Part shown: positions 1 through 8,936 of the stretch, piece after piece
Layout of the letters: every line of letters starts with the position of its first letter
Position numbering within the stretch: position 1 is the first letter of the stretch
NCBI GenBank assembly: GCA_019057375.1
Contig: DXJF01000054.1
Location: 1 to 27,750, forward strand
DNA length: 27,750 nt
Direction of reading: 5' to 3'
Source of the DNA: Candidatus Heimdallarchaeota archaeon
GTDB lineage: Archaea > Asgardarchaeota > Heimdallarchaeia > Heimdallarchaeales > Heimdallarchaeaceae
Notes under the pieces: generated by a model
Told to the model about the DNA's origin: nothing
What the model saw: only the letters and a program-made list of their open reading frames with translations
Database searches by the model: none
Position numbers and translations under genes: made by a program

Positions 1-412
1 CTCCTATTGAAAGTCCTCCTTCAATTGTACAATTGATAACCTGGGATACACCAGAAGCAACACCATTCAAGTAGACACCATAAGTTGCTCCTTTGAGAGA
101 AGAGTCACGAAGAATAAAGTATGACGTAACATAATAAAATTCTATTGCAAGAGAATCTGTCGTATTAATCATCATATTATCAATAATGTAAGGATCATCT
201 GAAGCACCCGTTCCTGAAGAACTATACGAAGATATATTTGCATCATTGATTCTAATTCCATCAGATAAAGTTAAATTCAATTTGATTATCTGTTCATTTT
301 CATCCTTCATTCCTGTAGTCCAATTACTTGAAAATTGAAGTAATAAAACTAAAATGAAAAATATAACAAAGCAAATCCTTATTGTCAACTTTCTATTTCT
401 TCTATATTTCAT
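1..412 (-). CDS. Secreted or surface right-handed beta-helix (NosD-like) protein; N-terminal 137 aa only, runs off the left edge; paralog of 3486..5189
   Basis: Not in the ORF track. Hand translation from the ATG at 412 is open to the edge: MKYRRNRKLTIRICFVIFFILVLLLQFSS...INDANISSYSSSGTGASDDPYIIDNMMINTTDSLAIEF...VINCTIEGGLSIG. It has a basic-then-hydrophobic signal peptide and the same SSSGTGASDDPYIIDN motif as 3486..5189. Confidence 0.85.
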   Translation of the reverse strand, partial: MKYRRNRKLTIRICFVIFFILVLLLQFSSNWTTGMKDENEQIIKLNLTLSDGIRINDANISSYSSSGTGASDDPYIIDNMMINTTDSLAIEFYYVTSYFILRDSSLKGATYGVYLNGVASGVSQVINCTIEGGLSIG

Positions 413-547
413 TGAATTAACAATTATCATATCTGTTTATTAAATCTTTATACAAATTTATCTAAGAAAGTTATTTATCTAAAGCTTAATGCACCTTTAT
501 AGAATTGAGCAGCTATTTATTTAAGTGAAGAAACATCCAATGATTCA

Positions 548-1438
548 ATGAAACCTTCTGATGGTGTTAAGATTGACTATAGTTTTACTGAACTTACTCT
601 TCAATATCTTACTAATCCCTCAGAGGAATTAATGCTTCAAATTAGCAAACACATTGTAGCAAGGAAAATTTTCTCCAATGCTCAGATTTCTGATCCGAAT
701 CTCAAAGATATTAAGGAATTTTGGAAGGAAATTTTAGATCAAGAAAAAAATAAAGGAGAAGACCATCTCCATAAGATTAAATCTTGCATTGCTTACGTAA
801 GGGATAATACTGAATCCTTACTAGAGCATGTAAATGAGATTTATAGCTACCTCCCTGGTGATTTTATTTTTGATTGTACTCTTTACCTTCACATAGGTTA
901 CGATATTGGAATAGTTGCTGAGGGCGATGCTTTACTCAATGTTGGTCATGATATCTTCCAACAAAATAAGCGAGAACTAATCTATTTTGCATTGCATGAA
1001 CTGCATCATGTTGGATATACTCATTATAATGATCTAGAAATCTCATTTTCTGATATTCAAACAAGAGATGACTTTCTAAAACTCATAGAAAAACTTACAC
1101 ATCTTGAAGGTACAGCAACTTATGCAATTAAAGAAATAAGAGAAAGAGATAATCAATTATCATTCTTTGATTACGAAGTTCTGAATAACAAAGAAAAGAG
1201 AACTGAATCAGTAAATGAGTATATTCAGATATATGATAAATACAAATATGCCAAAAATCTTCTAGTAGAAGATAGTGATTTTGAAATACTTGATATAATG
1301 TTTGGAATGAATAAACGTTTGTGGTATATTACAGGTGCTCACATGGCTGAAGAAATAGATAAAAAACTTGGTAGAAAAGAGCTCAACCAGACAATCATTG
1401 AAGGCCCTGAATCCTTCTTTGAAAAGTATCTCTGTTGA
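548..1438 (+). CDS. Putative zinc-dependent peptidase (DUF5700-like, gluzincin-type)
   Basis: HExxH motif (LHELHHVGY) with a downstream Glu motif (HLEGTATY) as the likely third ligand. C-terminal WYITGAHMA...GPESFFEKY fits this family. No signal peptide. Confidence 0.7.
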   Translation: MKPSDGVKIDYSFTELTLQYLTNPSEELMLQISKHIVARKIFSNAQISDPNLKDIKEFWKEILDQEKNKGEDHLHKIKSCIAYVRDNTESLLEHVNEIYSYLPGDFIFDCTLYLHIGYDIGIVAEGDALLNVGHDIFQQNKRELIYFALHELHHVGYTHYNDLEISFSDIQTRDDFLKLIEKLTHLEGTATYAIKEIRERDNQLSFFDYEVLNNKEKRTESVNEYIQIYDKYKYAKNLLVEDSDFEILDIMFGMNKRLWYITGAHMAEEIDKKLGRKELNQTIIEGPESFFEKYLC

Positions 1439-1528
1439 TATCACCTTTGCTACTTTAGAATTTTAAAGCAAAAATATGATAAAATACAAATCTAGTGATT
1501 CTGCACTAAACAATAAAATGGTGACAAT

Positions 1529-2410
1529 ATGAAATATACAAAATTCTACTTTGTTTCCCTCATTTTCATTTCTAGTTTGTTTATTGGAGTGTTTGTTCCT
1601 GTAAGCTTTGCAAGCGCAGAAAGAGGAATTACCTTCGAACCTGAAGTACCTTCTCTTACCTCTGTTGATGTGACTATTAACCTTGAAGCTCCTTCTTATG
1701 GAAAAGCTGAGCATTGGGCTGTTATCGTAGGTATAAGTGATTATAAGGTTATAAACGATCTTCGTTTCTGTGATGAAGATGCTAATGATTGGTTTAACTA
1801 CTTTATTGGACTAGGGTACGAACATATTATTGTTCTAGGTGATAATTCAAGTGAATATTATCAATTTGATAGCATAGCTTCTGAATATAACATCAAACAA
1901 ACACTAAACTATGTTGTAGCAAATGCTGATGAAGACGATGTGATATCTTATGTAACATCCGGTCATGGATCAAGAGCTAAAGTTGGAGAAAGTCTTATCT
2001 GTGCATGGGATTATGGAGCTGGCGAAAACGATGAAGACGGAAGATTTTGGGACTATGAGTTATCTGCTATACTAGAATTAGCAGTCGCTAAGCAAATATT
2101 TGTTTTCATTGATCATTGCTTTGCTGGTGGTTTTGGACCTGAATTAATGGCTATGCCTAATTCTAAATATGTTTGGTTTGGTGCTGCTTGTGCTGAACAA
2201 GGAATGGGTTGGGATGCATATGAATTCAACAATGGTCTGTGGACTTACTATTTCTTAGAATTTACTCTAGTTGATCATTTTAATTCCAGTCCTAAGACAA
2301 CAATGGAAGAAGCTTTTAATTATGCTTTAGCAAATTTTTCATTTAAATTCGGAGTAATGGTTCCAGAAGAATATGATGGGGATTCACATAAATTGTTTAT
2401 ACTAATTTAA
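1529..2410 (+). CDS. Secreted caspase-family (peptidase C14, metacaspase-like) cysteine protease
   Basis: Signal peptide (MKYTKFYFVSLIFISSLFIGVFVPVSFASA), then WAVIVGISDY...LRFCDEDA. Catalytic His in YVTSGHGS and catalytic Cys in FVFIDHCFAGGF. Confidence 0.85.
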   Translation: MKYTKFYFVSLIFISSLFIGVFVPVSFASAERGITFEPEVPSLTSVDVTINLEAPSYGKAEHWAVIVGISDYKVINDLRFCDEDANDWFNYFIGLGYEHIIVLGDNSSEYYQFDSIASEYNIKQTLNYVVANADEDDVISYVTSGHGSRAKVGESLICAWDYGAGENDEDGRFWDYELSAILELAVAKQIFVFIDHCFAGGFGPELMAMPNSKYVWFGAACAEQGMGWDAYEFNNGLWTYYFLEFTLVDHFNSSPKTTMEEAFNYALANFSFKFGVMVPEEYDGDSHKLFILI

Positions 2411-2430
2411 CTTCTTTTTTTCTTTTTCTC
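2411..2430 (+). terminator. Oligo-T tract, probable archaeal terminator of the caspase gene
   Basis: CTTCTTTTTTTCTTTTTCTC directly after the stop codon, in a 33-bp gap between convergent genes. Confidence 0.45.
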
Positions 2431-2443
2431 TTATTCTATTTTA

Positions 2444-3367
2444 TTACTCAAATCCAAATTTAACTTTAGTTAGTTTTTCAGATAGTTCCCATAATTTCTT
2501 CGCATCTTCTTCATTGTGTGATGCTTCGTTAGATTCTACTTTGATAGGATAACCTCTATGTTCATTACGTCCTCTTGGACCGTAATATTCGCTACCTTTA
2601 ACGTCTGGATCAACAGATGAACGAATTGTGGGAAGCGCACCTTTAGCTGCACCTTGCATAAAGAAACCGAATAAACCCTTCAATATTGGTGCAAACCAAC
2701 CCATCATATGGTCAGCTAAACTTGTATTTGACATACCTGGATGTGCTGCGACAGAAATTGCATTAACATCTGCTTCTTTGAATCTCCTATCCAATTTATA
2801 AGTAAACAAAAGATTAGCTAGCTTCGAATTTCCATAGGCTTTCATTCTTGAATATTCTTTGCTATCCTCAAACATAAAATTATTAAAATCCATCTCTCCA
2901 AATTTGTGGCCATTACTACTCACATTCACTACTCGTGAGCCTTCTGTTTTCATAAGTAAATCATATAATAGTCCAGTTAAAGCAAAGTGTCCAAAATGGT
3001 TTGTGCCTATTTGACTCTCGAATCCATCTACAGTTTTTTGATAAGGTACCATCATTATTCCAGCATTGTTTACAAGCACATCTAAACGATCATATTTCTC
3101 TTTGAATTCAGAAGCAAATTTATTCACAGACTCCAAATTAGCTAAATCAAGTTTCATAATTTCAACAGAAGAATCAGGGATTTCTTTTTGAATTTTAGAT
3201 AGAGCTTTCTTTGCCTTTTCTAAGTTGCGACTAGCTAGAATGGTCTTCGCCCCCTTACGTGCAAATTCTTTAGCAGCTTCAAAACCTATACCACTGTTTG
3301 CACCTGTAACAATGAAAACCTTATCAGAAAGATTAGGTACATTCCTTGTTGTCCATTTCTCACTCAT
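2444..3367 (-). CDS. Classical short-chain dehydrogenase/reductase (retinol dehydrogenase/WWOX-like)
   Basis: Motifs TGANSGIG, NNAG, VSS, YGNSK (YxxxK) and HPG. Start placed at MSEKW (3367) rather than 3451 because AGGAGA lies 7 nt upstream. Confidence 0.9.
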   Translation of the reverse strand: MSEKWTTRNVPNLSDKVFIVTGANSGIGFEAAKEFARKGAKTILASRNLEKAKKALSKIQKEIPDSSVEIMKLDLANLESVNKFASEFKEKYDRLDVLVNNAGIMMVPYQKTVDGFESQIGTNHFGHFALTGLLYDLLMKTEGSRVVNVSSNGHKFGEMDFNNFMFEDSKEYSRMKAYGNSKLANLLFTYKLDRRFKEADVNAISVAAHPGMSNTSLADHMMGWFAPILKGLFGFFMQGAAKGALPTIRSSVDPDVKGSEYYGPRGRNEHRGYPIKVESNEASHNEEDAKKLWELSEKLTKVKFGFE

Positions 3368-3374
3368 TTGATTA

Positions 3375-3380
3375 TCTCCT
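3375..3380 (-). promoter_or_regulatory. Shine-Dalgarno-like ribosome binding site of the SDR gene
   Basis: AGGAGA on the minus strand, 7 nt upstream of the ATG at 3367. Confidence 0.5.
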
Positions 3381-3485
3381 ACAAGAAATTTTGCTCTTGA
3401 TGTTAAAAAGTTGCTTAAAATACAAAATTTTAGAATGGACATTCTATTCAAAACTAGATGAAAAAGAGAAGAGAGGGGTAAAATA

Positions 3486-5189
3486 CTATTTTCCTCTTAA
3501 GTTGGGTAGCTTGATTATACCTTTCTTTGACAGAAAGAAGACAGCTACACCTGCAGCTATACCTAGTCCAAATGCTAAACCTAAGACAATTCCTAAAACT
3601 CTACCTCTTCCAGGGTAATCCTTTCTATCCAATGGGTCAGTACCTGCTTGAATTTCCTCATAATCTGAGAAACCGTCACCATCAGAGTCGGCAGTGAACG
3701 GATCTGTAAAGTAAATTAATACTTCCTCGATTTCAGTAAGATTGTCTCCATCTATGTCTAAGAATGGATATAGGTCTATGTTTCCCCCATCACCCTCTAT
3801 TGCATAAGTTCCTGTTTCATTCCAGTTTGACCAGAAATTTCCAATTTCTGAAGAAGCATCGTACCACATTATATTTGTTGTTGACCAATCTTCTGCCAGA
3901 TGAGCTGTTTGATTTCCTATGCTGATAAAGACATTATAAAATACGGTTATATTTTCTGATGACCAGATTACTATAGGTACTTCAGTCCCTTCGTCTACTA
4001 TTAAGCAGGTTATAATATTGAAATTTATATCTACGTTACTTACCTCGTTTAAGTAAAGTCCATATTCAACCATATTTACGATAGTATTATTATTTATCTG
4101 GACATTATTCATATATTCAAATTCCAAACCATATTCAAAACCAGTTATGTAGTTGTTTTGAATAATACTATTATTTACACCTTCAAATTGCATTGCATCA
4201 CGGTACCCTTCAAAGCTAGAATCTTCTATCAATATCTCTTCAACATTTTCTGCATAAATTCCTGTGTTAGCTTTCACTTCCACATTTCTTACAGAAATAT
4301 CAGTACAATTATAGATTTGAATTCCGGAATAAACATCAACAAAAGAATGGTCTTCTATTAGTACGTTGGTTGAGTTAACTAGATATATTTGTCCATATTG
4401 GTCACCAGTTACAATTTCATCATTTTGATTATATAAAAATCCGAAAGGTTTACCATTGATAATATTGTTTTCAAATGTATTATTCAAAATATATTCAATT
4501 TCATCATCAGAGAAATAGAATCCTGAACTGTGAAGGATGTTGTCTCTAAAAGTGGTATTTGTAACACGATTTATTCTAATCGCTGAAGAATTTCCATAAA
4601 AAATATTATTCTCTACAATATTATTTTCATCTGTTATTCGAAAGATGGAGCTAGAGTAATCGCTTGTTAAATAAACTACGTTGTTTGTAAATTTCACACC
4701 TTCTCTAAAGTTAGAGCTCTGTCTTGCTTTAAGCGTATTGTTATGAATAGTTAGATACAAAGCGTTAGGTCCTCCGATTGACAATGCACCCTCAACTGTA
4801 CAGTTGATAACAGAAGCTTTTCCTGTCATAGAATCATGAAAGTAAGCCCCATAAGTTGAACCTATCAAATGGGAGTCACGAAGAACATAGTAGGTTGTTG
4901 ATGATACACCTTTAAAATCAACTGCTAATGAATCTGTTGTATTGATCATTAGATTGTCAATAATATATGGGTCATCTGAAGCACCTGTTCCTGAGGAACT
5001 ATAGGATGCTATGTTTGTATCATTAATTACGATTCCAGCTGTTGTAAATAGCTTTATTTCTGATTTCTGTTCATTTTCAACTATACTTCCAATATTTCCA
5101 TTACTCAAAAGTGGAATTAATAGAATGGTAACAAGAAGAGTAGTTAAGCCAATTTTTAAAGTTAGTTTATATTTCTTATAGCTTGTCAT
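3486..5189 (-). CDS. Cell-surface glycoprotein: signal peptide, right-handed parallel beta-helix (NosD/PbH1) repeats, TSP3-like Ca-binding DxDGD repeats, C-terminal TM anchor
   Basis: GTGASDDPYII motif; repeated I.NN.(I/F) beta-helix rungs; DIDGDNLTEIEE and DSDGDGFSDYEEIQAGTDPLD repeats; hydrophobic VLGIVLGLAFGLGIAAGVAVFFL followed by a basic tail. Many N-x-S/T sequons. Confidence 0.8.
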   Translation of the reverse strand: MTSYKKYKLTLKIGLTTLLVTILLIPLLSNGNIGSIVENEQKSEIKLFTTAGIVINDTNIASYSSSGTGASDDPYIIDNLMINTTDSLAVDFKGVSSTTYYVLRDSHLIGSTYGAYFHDSMTGKASVINCTVEGALSIGGPNALYLTIHNNTLKARQSSNFREGVKFTNNVVYLTSDYSSSIFRITDENNIVENNIFYGNSSAIRINRVTNTTFRDNILHSSGFYFSDDEIEYILNNTFENNIINGKPFGFLYNQNDEIVTGDQYGQIYLVNSTNVLIEDHSFVDVYSGIQIYNCTDISVRNVEVKANTGIYAENVEEILIEDSSFEGYRDAMQFEGVNNSIIQNNYITGFEYGLEFEYMNNVQINNNTIVNMVEYGLYLNEVSNVDINFNIITCLIVDEGTEVPIVIWSSENITVFYNVFISIGNQTAHLAEDWSTTNIMWYDASSEIGNFWSNWNETGTYAIEGDGGNIDLYPFLDIDGDNLTEIEEVLIYFTDPFTADSDGDGFSDYEEIQAGTDPLDRKDYPGRGRVLGIVLGLAFGLGIAAGVAVFFLSKKGIIKLPNLRGK

Positions 5190-5412
5190 TTTATGAGCAA
5201 AATTGCAGTTATTTAGTTCTTAACCTTTGTGTTATTATTAGTAGCATGTGAATACTTTAATGCAACCTTCCTTTTCGAGAAACACAAGGGTTACATATTT
5301 CTACTTCGCTCTGATATTCTTTCCAATAATTCTTTACAGTTTTTATTTGCATAGCTATAAAAGTGTTTGAAGGTTTTATTGAAGTACAAAAATCTATGGG
5401 GTTCTGATTCAC

Positions 5413-7179
5413 TTGAAATTGTTTAATAAAAAGAATATTTATGTTTCCTGTGCAATTCTCACTTTACTTACCATAACACTAATTGTTATCCCATATCCTC
5501 CTAGAAAACCTAGTAACATAATTCTTGATGATTTTACATATGCCATTGAATATACACAGTATGAGTTAAACAAGCTTGAGAAAAAACACAATCTTCCAAG
5601 TATAGCAGTCAGTTTACTAAGTGGGGAAGAAGTTATTTATCAGCAAACAACTGGTTTGTCAAATATCGAAGAAAATATCCCAGCTGATTTTGAAACAGTA
5701 TACAAAGCTGGTTCAATCTCGAAACTTTTTACTGCTATCGAAATTATGCGCCTATATGAAGAGAGTCTTATTGATTTAGATGAACCAATTACTACTTATC
5801 TTCCTGAATTCTCTATCAAGAGTCGTTTTAATGAAACTGGAGTAATTACTATAAGAAATATTTTAGCTCATCGTTCAGGATTACCTAGAAATGGAAACAT
5901 AGCGGTATGGGCTTGGGATAATCAAACCTATATTTTAAGAGATTTAGTAGCTTCTCTTGAGGAATCTTATGTTGCGTATCCTGCAGATTATAGATACAAA
6001 TATACTAATATTGGACCTAATATTCTAGGACGAATTATCGAATTAAAAAGAGGGCAATGGTTTGCAACTCATATGAGAGATTCATTGCTCTTGCCTATTG
6101 GTATGAATTCTAGTGGATTTTTAGCACAAGATATTGTAGATAGTGAGAAAATAGCTATCGGTTACTATAAAGAAAAGAAAAGCAATGTACCATACAATCA
6201 GCATGATCTAATCTACTTAGCATCTGGAAACTTATATACAACCTTGGAGGATTTGAATGAGTTTGCAAAATTTATATTCAATAAAGGAAATGTAAAAGGA
6301 CTACAAGTTTTAAATGAATCAACACTTTCTATGATGTTTCAACCTCAATTTTCTAAACCTACAGATCCTCAACAAGTAGGATTGGGTTTCTTTTTAGATC
6401 GAACTATATTGGCCAATAATGAGTTAATGGTTTTTCATGAAGGAATTAACCAAGGAACGGCCTCAATAGTTGCCTTAATACCAGAAAAACAACTCGGAGT
6501 TGTTATGTTTTCAAATTCTGATGAATTTGAAAGTATCTCAAAGAGCCTAGCTCTAGAAATTCTAGAATTGATGTATGAAACAAAAACTGGCTTGAATAAA
6601 GAAACAACAAAAGTAGAACTAGCTGAAATACATCCTTCTATTCTTAAGAACTATGTTGGCAAATATGCTGTTGAAGGAGATATATCTGAAGTGATGTTGA
6701 TATCAAATAAGTTTCTTATAATGCAATATCAAGGCTTTAGTTTCAACTTGTTGCCAATAAATGAAAGTACCTTCATTGCGAAACATTGGTTAGTTAATGT
6801 TGGAGATATTAAAGTAAGATTTTTCGAAGATTTTATGATTGTATCATTTGAAAATGTTTACCATTCTATTTGTCCACTCTATAATCAAAGCAATGATTTA
6901 ATCTCATTTTGGTCATCTTTCCTAGGAAATTATGATGTGTGGCTTCGACATTTTTCTATATACACAGGAGTAGAAATTCCAGGATCTATAGAATTCCAAA
7001 TTGTGGATGATATTCTTAGATTTTCGTGGAATAATTTCATCGTAACCCCAATAAGCCAGTCTGAACTAATAATATTGAGCGGTCCATTTGATGGAGAAAC
7101 AATGTATCGTAGTTCAGAAAGTGGGTATATCTATTGGCAAAATAGAGTGTTCAAACCAGCAGAGAATTATCCCTCTTAG
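5413..7179 (+). CDS. Serine hydrolase of the beta-lactamase/class C PBP-like family, N-terminally anchored or secreted
   Basis: SxxK (GSISKLFT), HRSGL, YxN (YTNIGPNILG), SGNLYTTLEDL and an HxG-type third motif (FHEG). Hydrophobic N-terminus, TTG start. Confidence 0.85.
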   Translation: MKLFNKKNIYVSCAILTLLTITLIVIPYPPRKPSNIILDDFTYAIEYTQYELNKLEKKHNLPSIAVSLLSGEEVIYQQTTGLSNIEENIPADFETVYKAGSISKLFTAIEIMRLYEESLIDLDEPITTYLPEFSIKSRFNETGVITIRNILAHRSGLPRNGNIAVWAWDNQTYILRDLVASLEESYVAYPADYRYKYTNIGPNILGRIIELKRGQWFATHMRDSLLLPIGMNSSGFLAQDIVDSEKIAIGYYKEKKSNVPYNQHDLIYLASGNLYTTLEDLNEFAKFIFNKGNVKGLQVLNESTLSMMFQPQFSKPTDPQQVGLGFFLDRTILANNELMVFHEGINQGTASIVALIPEKQLGVVMFSNSDEFESISKSLALEILELMYETKTGLNKETTKVELAEIHPSILKNYVGKYAVEGDISEVMLISNKFLIMQYQGFSFNLLPINESTFIAKHWLVNVGDIKVRFFEDFMIVSFENVYHSICPLYNQSNDLISFWSSFLGNYDVWLRHFSIYTGVEIPGSIEFQIVDDILRFSWNNFIVTPISQSELIILSGPFDGETMYRSSESGYIYWQNRVFKPAENYPS

Positions 7180-8039
7180 ATTTCAAAAAACTTACCACTA
7201 TAATAATTGTAGAAACTTCTCTTTATCCAATTTAGATAATTATCCAAAAACCGTAGAGCATTACTTCTTTGCTTCCTACTTTCGGCATCCTTGTGTGCTG
7301 CTTCGATTGGTTCTAGTCTAGGAAATTTAATTTCATCTAATCCTTTACCCTCTTCTATAGCTGAATTGAAGAAATCTTTGAGGGCATTGTAGAATGTTAT
7401 TTGTTCATCCAAATATTCTTGTGGATTCAGGATTACTTTTCCGTGTCCTGGAACAATTACATCAAGATTCATTTTCTTGAATTTATCAAAAGCTGCTAGA
7501 TATTCTTCAGGATTACCTGTCCTTTTTGGTTTATTCTGATAAAAACCCATAAAAGGAAGACCAAAATTTACAGGATTTGTAATAAAAAGATCTCCAGCAA
7601 AAAGAACTTTTTCGACTGGGAAATAAGCTATACTGGATCCTACACTATGACCTCCTACATGATGAAATTCCAAAGTTAAATTGTCTTCTTGAACTATCAA
7701 TTCCTGATCAAACAATTCCATTTTCCATTTGTTAAAACTGACGCTCTTTGGCATGTTATCTATACATTTTTGACTAGCAATGAGTGTAAGATCTTTGAAA
7801 GCTTCTCGCCCATTTCTATGATCATTATGAGTATGTGTTAGAAACAGATATTTCACTGGCACTTTGAAATATGTTTCTAATTCCTTAATTAAACCTATTC
7901 CTACTTCTAATGAATCTCCGCTATCTATTGCAATAGAATACTTACTAAGAGATATTCCCCCTAAGATGCACGATCTGCTTCCATATTGCGTCTCTTTGTC
8001 AACAACAACATGGTCAGATATTCGTTCTAATTTGGACAT
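7176..8039 (-). CDS. Metallo-beta-lactamase-fold hydrolase
   Basis: HxHxDH (THTHNDH), IDSG, GGHSVGS, FAGDL and VPGHG. Probable start MSKLE at 8039 (ORF track extends to 8090). Its stop codon overlaps that of the serine hydrolase. Confidence 0.85.
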   Translation of the reverse strand: MSKLERISDHVVVDKETQYGSRSCILGGISLSKYSIAIDSGDSLEVGIGLIKELETYFKVPVKYLFLTHTHNDHRNGREAFKDLTLIASQKCIDNMPKSVSFNKWKMELFDQELIVQEDNLTLEFHHVGGHSVGSSIAYFPVEKVLFAGDLFITNPVNFGLPFMGFYQNKPKRTGNPEEYLAAFDKFKKMNLDVIVPGHGKVILNPQEYLDEQITFYNALKDFFNSAIEEGKGLDEIKFPRLEPIEAAHKDAESRKQRSNALRFLDNYLNWIKRSFYNYYSGKFFEI

Positions 8040-8123
8040 TTTGTTCTTGATTATAAAAATTAGAATCTTTATATTCTTTGTTCTCTTCAATTCAGTAGCT
8101 TTGAATATAGAAAAAATATACGA

Positions 8124-8846
8124 CTAGAAATCTGGAGGACCTAAGAAGAGTGGTAATAATTCTCCTATTGAGGAAAGGGTTACGTCTGGTTCAAGTTTTT
8201 TAATACTTTCCTTAGTATATTTACCATTAACTCCAAGAATTGCTACAGTTTTAGTTCCAGTTGCTTTCCCTGCTCGAATGTCTTGAGGAAAATCCCCTAT
8301 CATAACACATGTTTCTGGGTGTTTATTCAATACTTCGCAAGCATAAAGAAGGGGTTCAGGATCAGGTTTTATCCTCTTCACTGTATTTCTAGTAACTAGA
8401 ACATCAAATGAATTCAGAATAGAGAGCTTCTTCTTAGCTCTAGCTACAGTCTTATCTCCTGCATTTGTAACTAGTCCCATCTTGTAACCTCTCGATTGTA
8501 GTGTGTTTAATACTTCTTCAACTCCTTCTAAAGGCACAATTTCCTTAAATGCTAGTGGATCTTTCCTTACTAATTTCATTGCTCTATAAGCATCAATCAG
8601 AGAAGCTTCCGAATCTTTGATTGCATTGAAAAATATTTTTAGTTTTAGTAGTTTAGATCGTCCCATCTCCATTCCCAAAACTCTCCCTAAGACCTTTTCG
8701 AATACTTCTTGTCTTTTCTCTCTATCATGGTCAGGTTTTAGCTTATCCATTGCTCTAAAGAAAGGTTCCCACCATCTTTTACCTAGATCGGTTAGAGTAC
8801 CATCCATATCGAAGAAAAGCGTGTCTACAACCTGAAATGATTTCAT
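8124..8846 (-). CDS. HAD-family hydrolase (phosphoglycolate phosphatase/PpaX-like, C1 cap)
   Basis: Motif I FDMDGTL, motif II LVTN, motif III KPDPEP, motif IV IGDFPQDI. Confidence 0.9.
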   Translation of the reverse strand: MKSFQVVDTLFFDMDGTLTDLGKRWWEPFFRAMDKLKPDHDREKRQEVFEKVLGRVLGMEMGRSKLLKLKIFFNAIKDSEASLIDAYRAMKLVRKDPLAFKEIVPLEGVEEVLNTLQSRGYKMGLVTNAGDKTVARAKKKLSILNSFDVLVTRNTVKRIKPDPEPLLYACEVLNKHPETCVMIGDFPQDIRAGKATGTKTVAILGVNGKYTKESIKKLEPDVTLSSIGELLPLFLGPPDF

Positions 8847-8936
8847 CGTTGATGAAATAACTTCGCACTTTTAAAAAGACTATCCTTTCTTCCATTTTCA
8901 AAATTCTTTATTTCCTCTTTCTTAAACGTGAAATTA

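Noticed and set aside
457-482. Direct repeat TTTATCTAA twice (457-465 and 474-482) in the first divergent intergenic region
   Set aside because: Nine AT-rich bases are too little evidence for an operator call.
1433-1495. Peptidase ORF ends in Cys-TGA, and readthrough would give a C-U motif plus 18 aa (possible selenocysteine)
   Set aside because: The family-like sequence appears complete at FFEKY, I saw no SECIS-like structure nearby, and the extension is not protein-like.
5413-8039. Interpretation as an antibiotic-resistance locus (two beta-lactamase folds)
   Set aside because: Both folds are large, mostly non-lactamase superfamilies; motifs alone do not show beta-lactam hydrolysis, and an archaeal host has no peptidoglycan target.
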